The notes beneath the pieces are model-generated. The model was not told where the DNA came from. It made no database searches and was given only the letters and a program-made list of their open reading frames with translations. From Marsupella aquatica (Eukaryota > Plantae > Marchantiophyta), in NCBI GenBank assembly GCA_973895155.1, contig OZ316897.1, positions 2,743,416-2,807,415 of the forward strand: a stretch of DNA of 64,000 nt, in the 5' to 3' direction. Below, piece after piece: positions 54,501 through 64,000 of the stretch. A program made the position numbers and the translations under genes. How positions within the stretch are numbered: the first letter of the stretch is position 1; each line of letters begins with the position of its first letter.

Positions 54501-54695
54501 AACGACACCTTGGACACCTCTACCAGTCGTACTATTCTCAGGGTTAAAGCTATTCGACCGTCTGGAGTGCTAGAGTTACAAGGGGCAGATGGGCGCACAA
54601 TTGTTGACAATGCCAAGAATTGCGCCCCTTGTCATCTGCCTAACTTGGATCCCACCATTGTGACTTCTACCTGGATTCCACTTGTGGACTACCCT

Positions 54696-54830
54696 TGCAA
54701 AGTGTGTTTGCGAATTGATGATGCTGACCAGATGCTGCTGTGTGATAATTGCAATGGAGGGTACCATCTTTTTTGCCTTCAGCCTGAACTTACCCAGGTG
54801 CCAGAAGGGTTATGGTTTTGCCCTTCCTGT
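54696..54830 (+). other. PHD finger at integrase C-terminus
   Basis: C4HC3 pattern CKVC...MLLCDNCNGGYHLFC...VPEGLWFCPSC. Confidence 0.9.
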
Positions 54831-54887
54831 GCTCCATGTACTACCTGACTTTTCTTCAGCCCTCCTTTTGGCTGTGGTCTGGGGGGA

Positions 54888-55062
54888 TACAGAGGTTTAC
54901 ACCTCCACTACGTACATACCACCGTAGTTGCTTTTTCTTGGCACTTGTGAATGTGATTGGACTTTTTCTAAGGATGTTGGTTGCTAGCAGCTTGCACATA
55001 TGCATTGCCGGTGACTTGTATGTTTTCGATACACTATGGCTACGATACTATATGTCATGACA
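54888..55062 (+). repeat. Repeat B1 (175 bp), preceded by short PPT gggggga (54881-54887)
   Basis: Direct repeat of 55423-55597, about 6 differences. Ends catgaca. Confidence 0.92.
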
Positions 55063-55064
55063 AC

Positions 55065-55422
55065 TGTCATGCCGAGGGACAGTGCCTCCTGTGCACATCG
55101 GCATGTCCCTCGCATGCCCGCTAGGTATGTAGTTAGGGCTAGTGTACTACTTGAGTTAGTGTCATGTTCTTGTAGCGAGTCTGGGCTGTTCTTGAAGCAA
55201 AGGTGTTTGTTAGGGTGATGCCTGGACCCGGTCCTACTTAGGGCATGTTTTTCTTTGTCGTTTTTCAGTTCTTCTTGAATCGCTGTTGACAGAGCTCAGA
55301 CAGTGCTTGTCGGTTCCGTACACGGGATTCACACAGTGATTCGTTAGATGCTCCCGGCCGATCTTGGCATCCCGCCGGTTTTTGATTCGATTTCAATACG
55401 ATTGTTTCTCTTACGCCTTTTA
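55065..55422 (+). repeat. Repeat A2 (358 bp)
   Basis: Direct repeat of 45696-46052. Starts tgtcatg. Confidence 0.93.
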
Positions 55423-55597
55423 TATAGAGGTTTACACCTCCACTACGTACATACCACCTCAGTTGCTTTTTCTTGGCACTTGTGAATGTGATTGGATTTT
55501 TTCTAAGGATGTTGGTTGCTAGCAGCTTGCACATATGCATTGCCGGTGACTTGTATGTTTTCGATACACTATGGCTATGATACTATATGTCACGACA
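55423..55597 (+). repeat. Terminal repeat B2 (175 bp)
   Basis: Direct repeat of 54888-55062. Ends CA and is followed by the TSD ccaa. Confidence 0.92.
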
Positions 55598-56943
55598 CCA
55601 ATAAGTTTTGTAGTTTGGCTGTGTCTCTCATGTAGTGACGCTATGGTTGCAAAGGTGTCATCATTTTGGTTGAGTGCATCTTACTGCCAAAATATTGTCA
55701 TTTTGATCAATGGTGTTGCTACAAACTTGATATTGAGGGGAGTGACGGCACGAGAAGGGGATAGTAGCACAAGATGGGCAATGGCGGCGGGGCATTGCAG
55801 GGTCCAAGGACAGGTCCACACTTGGCCTATCTTTTCAGTGCTACATGGAGGGATAAGTTTTTTTTTCATTTTTATCTTTATTTCCCTCCCCCACACCCTC
55901 TCGCTCCCTCACTCCCACCCTTTGCTGTCACCACCATCTTCTCTTGCGTATTGTAGGCAGAATGGAGCCTTAAGGAGGGCACATTAGGGAGGGAGGAGGC
56001 ACACGTGGTGAGCCAAGGCATACAAAGTGCACAGAGATGGCAGGGAAGAGGGGATTAATGGTTTTTTTGGTGAATCAAATTGTTCGAAAACAATGGGGTT
56101 CCAACAGACAGCCATAAGTTTATTGTGATTTCATTGTGAAAAATGTTGTCATTGCACATAATCAATTGATGCAGTAAACTCAAATCAACACAAAAGCCGG
56201 GGATAGAAGGCTCAAATGGGTAGTGAGAATAGGGGCAAGAGTCAGGTTAGAAATCGGCAGTGTCAATGATACAGAAGATGGAACAAAAGCAAGGGATGAA
56301 AGGTGCAATTGGGGCAAAGCCAGAGCAAGACTAACACAGATGCCGAGGCATGTCAAGCAAGCTAGGTCTTGGAAAAAGAATGTAGGGAGCTTGGTCTAAT
56401 CCTGGGTCTTATTGGCCCACATTGAAAAAGCTTGTCTTTATATTAAAGGTCTCTAAGCTCATCTTTAAGAAGAATGTTGGAAGTTTAGATGGAAGAACAA
56501 AATTTTGGACTTTTTCTCTAAAACTTTAAAATGATAAAACAAAGTTTTAAATTTTTTGAAAAACCAGACTCACACTTTTTTTGTTTTATTCATTTTGGGG
56601 AAAGGCCTTGATGTTGTTGTAAAAGTGATATAGTAGGGGAGGGCAAGAGAGAGTGGGAGGAGCACAGGAGAGGCTATGGCCACCAGGGCTTTGTGAGTTC
56701 AAGGTGTGCTTGCACGATGCTATGTGGAGGGAACATCTTCAGTTTTTCCCCTCTTTCCAGTTTTCCCTTCCTTGCCCCTCAGTTCTCCCCCCCCCCCCCC
56801 ACTTTGTTCCATTTGGCACGACCAAACAAATATAATAAAAAGATAAGGAGTAAATAACTTATTATTTTTATAAGTTCCCGTACTCAAAAAGCCAAGCCTC
56901 TCATGCCCTAAAAGATTCTCATGCAAACGTACTTAAGTTCCGG

Positions 56944-57214
56944 CTCCATGCCCCCCAAAAACACTTTATGTGCCTCTAACATAGTAGCTATCACATGTGC
57001 CTTATATGTTACTGTAAAAGTAAGTAAAACACACATACCTTGTATTATACTATAAAAGTAACTATATATTTGGGCGTCACTCCATGCCCCCAAAAAACAC
57101 TTTATGTGCCTCAGTCTAACATAGTAGCCATCACATGTATCTTATATTTTACTTTAAAAGTAAGTAAATAATACATAACTGTATTATATTATAAAAGTAA
57201 TTATATATTTGGCG
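56944..57214. repeat. ~135-bp tandem duplication
   Basis: ctccatgccccc.aaaaacactttatgtgcctc...taaaagtaa.tatatatttgg occurs twice. Confidence 0.8.
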
Positions 57215-59036
57215 GGTGACGGGAGAGTCTCATTCCCTTTTTTTCAAGTGTGAACGCAAATGACTCAAAATTTGGGCGTGATTGCATATTACAATAGGTG
57301 ATGTTCATGTTTTCCCTTTCCAAAACTGCAAAATTATCCACTTTTGTATTTGGTTTATTTAGAGGCTAATTGAGATGTTTGCTATATAGATTTGGAGACC
57401 AGTATTTAATCCACATGAAAAATTGGAAAAAAGGTTTTGGCTATCATGAATAAGCCAATAAAAATATTGTATAAATCTTGCAAATTTAACTTGGATACCT
57501 GGCTAATGTAACTTCTTGGAAAAGCCTGATTGGAGGTTTAGCTACTTAATATTACAGAAAAAAAACCAACCGTCCTCATCATTACCTATACCAAAGTTTA
57601 TTAGAGCTCAGTTATATCACATTTCCTTACCAATACCCAAAGAGCAGGATATCATAAATCAGAGTGGCAAACTTTTAGGGCTTTGTGTGTTCTTGGGGCT
57701 AGTTTATGCAGGTATCCCCCACCTGTAGGGTTTCCATGGAATAAAAGCAGATTAGCCAGAAAATTAAAATTTTGAAATATGGTATCACTGATCTTGAAGA
57801 GGTGGAGGATCAGATCCAAGTACAATACAAATACTTACTAGGCATACCCTTTGGGTTGAATTTGGCTCTTTGGCATTTGTTTTCCATCCTCTTTGGCATT
57901 GGCATCCAACCATATCAAGTACTTATAGTAATGGTGTAAATCACGCCTAATTAATCCGTGGACCCTCTTATTTTTTTGTTGCATACTCAGATTACTGGTG
58001 TGTAAGCTCTTTCCGCTCTCTTTAGACAGTCTGGAAACCGTGCTCCTGTGGAGATGCTCAGGTCCCACGTTGTAGTCTCCTTATTGAATCAACTTTGGCT
58101 GTGACACCGGGTCTGGTAACTCATTCCTACATCTGCATATACATCCCGAAGCAAATAACTTGCACATGAGTTGGCAATTGTGTTGTGTAATTGATGGTTG
58201 TGCCTCTACGTCAATTTCTACCGTTCATGCACAACTTTGCTAGCAAGCCTCAACAGCAATTGTGACTCACTGCAGTGTCCCTCTTGGCACTTAGAAACTA
58301 CTTTGCTAGGTCTAACTTTAATCATCGTTTCCTTGTTTATATAGCTTTCTAATCCTATAAAGAATGGAAAAAATCCCTTTCAAACCAGAAGGCAGATTGC
58401 ATTTCTTTGAATATAAATTTTGTCTTTCATCTTGAAGAAAAAGAAGGGCGTTCTTGCATCATTGTTCCGACACAATTGAAATACATAGATCCACCCTAGG
58501 TTTTCCGTCAAAAACAAATTGTGCATTGCCCAAGTTTTGCATTTTCCAGACCTTGGTTACTGCTCTAGCGCAAATTTTGATAGTGTCATTGAGCTGATTG
58601 TTTACCCATGAGAGCTTCTCTGTGTATAAGTTGAGATCAGCTTCTTGATGATGAATTGATGATGTGAAGTTTGCCTTGAGTACTGTCCACGCTGAACGAC
58701 AATTGCCTTTTAGACCATCAGTTTAGCTCAGGATAAAGTCTTTGCACTATCTATTTTTGATCATCCTCAGAATTGGCTGATAGTAAGTTGTGGAAGTGGG
58801 CACCTTGGCATTTATTGATGGTGCTTTTGACGATTTTGTGCACATGAACAAAAACAAACACGTACGTTTCTTGAGCCGATTTCCAGTGAACAAGAATTTT
58901 AAGGGTCATGCCTTACCTTGAATTGCCATCTGGACAGTTAGTTTGGCCAGAGTGTTTAACTGGCATATGTTGTCTAAAAGCCACATGATCTTTCATATTT
59001 CCTACAGAAGGCATCAAGTGTTTATGCTCTTCTTAA

Positions 59037-59406
59037 GGAGGTGTTTACAAAAGACAGCAAACAGGAAACAGGATTTAATAACAGAAACTGGTAACCGGAA
59101 AAAAAATTGGTAACAAGAAAATGGGTGGAAATTTCTTTTTGGAAATTTTTTTTTGAGAATTTTTTGTTTGTTTGTTTGTTTGTCGACCAGTTTTTTTTGC
59201 TAGCGCCCGGCGCTGCTAATAGTAGCGCCCAAAGCTAGCCAAAAATGTTGCATTGTTAATTTTTTTTGGAAATAATATGTTTTAGGAGACATTTTTAAAT
59301 TATCATTTTTCCTGATAACAGTGATTTTTTCCTGGTAATAGCATATTAAAAACAGGAAAAAAAATTCCTGTTTACCTATTTCTTGTCTCCGTCGCTATAC
59401 CCCTTC
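59037..59406. mobile_element. Possible Tourist-like MITE
   Basis: Flanked by ttaa on both sides. Weak TIRs (ggaggtgttt / ataccccttc), subterminal aaacagga / tcctgttt inverted motifs and a central GC palindrome. Confidence 0.35.
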
Positions 59407-62400
59407 TTAAGAACATCCAAACTCGAGAGCTCTTAGTTGTGAAACCTATTCACTCACCGAAGTGGAACTCAATGGAATACTGCCCTATCTGGTTCAAGAT
59501 TTAGAGCTTGCTGTTAGATATCTAGGATTCATGGTCTCTCAGCAAGCAGTCTGATTGTATGACCAACGCCATCTTAGACACCAATCAGTTATGATAGTTG
59601 AATGTGTTTGTCACTTTCAAGATGTTTGTCGTAGGATAATTTTTTAATGTTGATGCCATATTTCTTTTGAGATTCTAATCAGCAACCATTCAGTCTCATT
59701 TTGGACCATGCTTGTGTTATCAAATTGCCCAATTCCCCGCATCAGGAATCTGGCACAGTACAAGGACATTCTGACTTTTGTTAGGGTAGTAACTTAATTG
59801 CCCTTTGGTATTAAACACTGACATATCTTGTTACTTTTCTAAATTTAATGAGAAATATACATAATTATATGATTAATGTGAATTTACAAATGTTTAAAAA
59901 GGTAAGTAAAACGGTTATTGTTTAAAAATGTTCATCTCTGACTTCCTCTATATAATGTTTTTTTATGCTTAGGTTTTATGTCATGGCGACCCAAAAGTTA
60001 CAAAAAATAAATTGTAAACAAGATTTGGGTTTTTATTTTTCTTCCCAAAACTGTCATGTTGTGTATGTTGTAGTCCTTGCTGATGTGGCATGCTCTTGTG
60101 TCAGGAATTTTGCAAGAGTCCCCTAATGGGGGTCTGTAACAAAACATTGTTCCATTCTGAATTCATGTGAGTGCTTGCGAAAGCCCCTTCATATTCATTC
60201 AGGTAATTATATATCACGCTGCTAGACAATAAAACATGCTCAATGGAACATACAGTCCCAAAGGCAAGAGACCCAACAGAGGAGTAAATTGGGTTGTTAT
60301 CATCTTTTTTGAAACAATCTGAAGTTTTCAAAAAGTAGGAAACACTTTGCCAATGAAATTAAAGTAACTGAAAGAGTGCAACAAAGCCCTGAAAAATGGA
60401 CATCATGGACTTAGTTTGGTAAATTTGTGGAAAGTGACACTTTTACATCTTTACAGAGAGACGACATAGGAGAGAAATCTTTGAATGATCAGTACAGGCT
60501 GCAATGGGAATTAGATTATATCTTTCAATTTCTTGGTGCTGGGATTTACCCTCTTTGTAAACAGCCAACCATTTTTTAAGACGGCAACCCAAGGCCGAAA
60601 GCCAAATCACTACAGAACAAGAACTTGTAGGGGATTTACAGAGTGTAGTAGCATTCAAAAACAATCTTGCAAAACAAGAATAACGAGGGTTCTACACACA
60701 AAGCCTCAAGCAACAATACACATTCAAGCTAATAGCCAACTTATCAAATACTAGAGTTAAACTAGGGTTCATAGGATAAAATTGTGTAGAGGTCCAGATC
60801 TATTGTAATGGCAAATTACACATACCATGGCACATGGATATGCATCACAAAACTGCCAACTGCAAGAGATCTCCAATGTATGGTCCATGTTTAGATTTGA
60901 GTGATGGGGGTTGAATCCTATGTTAAAAGTGGAATTACCCAACAAATTTAGAATAATGCCAAACGCTCTTGCTGAAAAGGAAGCTTGGATTGTGCGTCAG
61001 TGAACCTCACAACCCCCATTGACCTCCATAACATTTACATTCATAAGTGTAACAAAACCACCCAGAACCTGCATAATCACAAATCTCTTGTTTTGGCACT
61101 CATAAGTCTCCAACTGTGGTCTGAACGAAGTGAAAATTAGTTTGTTGGAAAGCTTTCATCTAAGAGTTTGAAGTTGATTTTGAAGATACTTAAGGAAGTT
61201 AGCATGATGCAATTTTTCACAAGTTTCTGAGTTTTTCTGGGTCCAGATTTTCAATGAGAATTGTCACTAAAGCTTTGCTCAATTATCAAATATTTGTCTC
61301 TCCAGATCTGTCTCTCACACACTCTCTGCCTCCCTGAATGTCTAACGTACATTTTAAAGCGTCGCTATTTCTCACGTTGATGGTTTATTTTATCACCTTT
61401 TATCTTCAGAATTTTGGCACGGCTGGGCTTAAATTAGACAGTTCGAAAATATCTTTTCTAATGAAGTGAAAACGAGGGGTAGACTTTTATGGGGCACAGG
61501 CCATTATTGCCCTCTTTGGATGTCTTTACTACCTTTACGTCACAACGACACAACGGGGGTGGCCATATCAATTACTGACCAACGTCCCAACATCATTGTC
61601 CAGGTTGCCGTTGAGCCTCTCATATGGCGCAAACCAATTGGAAGCTTTGGGCTCCATCAAATAGGGGCCAGACCACAAAATAATTGAAAAGCGTTCTCCA
61701 TCAGTTCCAATCAGCCCACTTGCTCCAGAATTAACTCAGTGGGTGAGAATCTGCTAAAAAATGGCAACCAATTCCTTTGTTAACAATTAAAAATTTGAGT
61801 CTTAGATGAAGGTTGGTCAGATGCAGCCACTGGCAAGCAAAACTATATATTCTGATTCTACGAACACAACAAAATTAAAAATAAAGAAATTGTGTGACTA
61901 CAAATTAAACTGAAGCTTAGGGAGGAAAGGGGGGGAGAGGGGAGCAGGTTACAGGCTTCACATAAACACTCTAAAGTAATTGAAACGTTTGGCATGTCTG
62001 TCTGGAATGATTGCTTTACTGTGGACTCTAACCAAGGTACACGCTTTTGATCAAGTCCACTGTATAATTGATGCTCTCTCTCTCTCTCTACATATACAAA
62101 TATAATATAATAGAATTGACTTTTATGTTCATTTAAAGTCACCATTGGCAGAACATAAGAGGCACCTGTCTAAAATTTTCACATTTTAGTCATGACCCTC
62201 CTCTAGTAGGGTGTCTCAAATCTTCATAGTTACGGATGATGGCATTTGGCCATAAACACATGGCCATAGCTCTTTCACCAGGTCGTGTAAATGTTATTTT
62301 TCACTAGCCTCTATGTGGCTTATGGTTGTGGAGTGTGACCAAATTTTATGGCAGAAAGTTTTGGCTCATGAATTTGGTAGTCTATAACTTTTTATGTTAG

Positions 62401-63079
62401 TTGTTTCAACTACTAAACTAAGGATTTAGTAGTTAAATTTGACCTTAATTTCCAAAGTAGCTAAATCCCCATCAAATTTTGAGATTTGAGACCTCGATCC
62501 TATTAAGATAACCTCCTCCATATATTCATGAAGTGGCCCCCTAAATATGCCCAATGTGGTGAGGAACTTTAGTGGAGAACTGGCACTGAGGACAAGAGAA
62601 TACTCATGGAATATGGGTTTTGAGACGCCCTAATAGATTTCTCAGCAGCTGGAAACAATGACTGGGAATTTTACAAAGGATGATTTGTAAAACTTGCAGA
62701 ATAAAATTTTCAGTCCGCGGATCTATAAGGGCGTCTCAAATATGGGCTGCTGAGCATGAAAATCTGCCAGTAAAAATCTGCTTTGCACAGAGGGCCATAC
62801 AGAAAGATTTAAACCGTCAGCTAACCAGGCTGCTAATGCAGAATTTGTTTCAAACGAGTGACATACACATCTAAATTATATACTTTTGACTATTGCTAGA
62901 TGCCAAGATGAGTTAAGCAGGATAGTGTAGGGGCAATCAGCTTGGCGTAATGACAGTAAATTATTGGATTTTTTTCTTTCTGATTTTAGGCAGTGTTTGT
63001 GAGACTTGGAAATATTTACAATACCTGTTTAGTAATATTCTAAGCATTAGTTTCGAGGTAAAATGCTGAGATGTCAATC

Positions 63080-63990
63080 AATGTATACATTGTTTTGAAA
63101 GCAAATCCAGATAATAATTTATGGAGTTGCTACAATCCAAAGAATCTGAACTTGGATGGACTTGTTCAGATTCTTGGAACGATTCATTCAAAGCATCCAG
63201 GGTTCAGATTCTTTGGATTGAACAAGTCTTGGATGGACTTGTTCAAAACATTGAAATAACTCAGATAACATTGTTTACATTTTTGACTCAAATTTGGCTT
63301 GTAAATGGTCTCCTTGCTGTTTGCAGTGGGTTTCCATTACTTACCCAACAGGCCTCACAACTTGACTACCTTGAATCTAATAGATGTCAAGACATCATGC
63401 CATTACTCAGGAACACTGGTTTGCGCTTAACCTACATGAAATTTTCCAATATTTGTAATCATGATATATGATATTTGACCATCGATCTATGTGTACCTTG
63501 GAATTGGAGCAAATGATGTCCAAAAAGTCTCAGAGGAAAAAAGTGGACATCAAAGACCATGCTGAAAGTTGTGTGTAGCTTAAACTTAGATTATTTTTGA
63601 GTCTTTCAGATAAATTGACACATCTGCCAAATTCTAAGGTAAAATAGCCAATAATTTATGGCTTTGATGACCCTGTCAAGTAAGTAGTCAAGATGTCACA
63701 CACATTGAAAATGGGCAGGATTCTCACAAATATTGTGACAACTCAATGATTTCTTAAGCTCTAGGCTTGAATATGTGCTTTAGCAGTAATGGAGTGGCAG
63801 AAATTGTTGATATAACTTTCTCTCATTGATCCATTTTACTTGCTTTCAATTGGGTTGAGATCAGAGACAAAAGACCTGTTGAAAGAGCTCCTGGCAACAT
63901 TGTTGAGCTACTCAGATTATATTCCATTGAGTAGAGGGCATTTTAAATTGTCTTTACTGCTTTCTCCACATGGATGTCAAAGTTGTCAAC
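63080..63990 (+). pseudogene. Possible degraded leucine-rich-repeat gene fragment
   Basis: Scattered LRR-like peptides across frames (KNLNLDGLVQI, GLLAVCSGFPLL, LDYLESNRCQDI) with frameshifts and stops. Confidence 0.25.
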
Positions 63991-64000
63991 TGCAATACGC

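Larger units (their letters stand above)
47472..54848 (+). pseudogene. Gypsy polyprotein GAG-PR-MTase-RT-RH-INT-PHD, disrupted
   Basis: Gag, two CCHC-type knuckles (~48614-48721, e.g. CDFCGKVGHLEAVC), protease VMLDTGAQ, RT (RMCGDYRPLN, MPFGLKNAP, YIDD), RNase H (TDWS, YTDHQPL) and integrase (HSELGH..CEQC, TDQGSEF, AER). Ten in-frame stops and two frameshifts (~48510, ~53060). Confidence 0.92.
45696..55597 (+). mobile_element. Ty3/gypsy-type retrotransposon with C5-methyltransferase, PHD finger and split direct repeats
   Basis: Ends TGTCATG...CACGACA with a 4-bp TSD ccaa (45692-45695, 55598-55601). Repeats arranged A1-internal-B1-ac-A2-B2. Gypsy domain order PR-RT-RH-INT. Confidence 0.92.

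Noticed and set aside
55065-55597. Treating A2+B2 as an ordinary 533-bp 3' LTR with a truncated 5' LTR
   Set aside because: There is no PPT before A2, the PPT precedes B1, and the PBS directly follows A1. This reading needs both a precise loss of B at the 5' end and a precise extra B upstream. It is disfavoured but cannot be fully excluded from one copy.
45696-55597. DIRS/PAT/Ngaro tyrosine-recombinase element
   Set aside because: It has an aspartic protease, an HHCC/DDE integrase, TG...CA ends and a TSD. No tyrosine-recombinase ORF was seen.
57780-59000. Possible decayed transposase or gene on the - strand
   Set aside because: Stops in all frames and no diagnostic motif.

Overview
Eukaryotic, intron-rich plant DNA; a non-seed plant such as a liverwort is my inference from gene style and TE content. 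A central island holds two convergent host genes: a 13-exon cycloartenol-C24-methyltransferase (SMT1, +, 22612-27566) and a 5-exon RLCK-VII kinase of the PBS1/PBL27 group (-, 35686-39186). The flanks are nested transposons. On the left are a deleted Bianca-type copia inside a hAT MITE and a full-length decayed copia inside a long-TIR Mutator-like element. On the right are an L1 fragment and a 9.9-kb Ty3/gypsy element (45696-55597), which is the standout. Its polyprotein reads GAG-PR-[DNMT3-like C5 cytosine methyltransferase]-RT-RH-INT-[PHD finger]. Its termini are not ordinary LTRs but split direct repeats (A1-internal-B1-ac-A2-B2). The self-priming PBS and the PPT define a reverse-transcription LTR of B+A. 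The TG...CA ends and 4-bp TSD, however, map to an att-att junction in the middle of that LTR. This is the structure expected if a DDE integrase inserted an end-joined 2-LTR circle. All calls were made by eye and no database searches were run.
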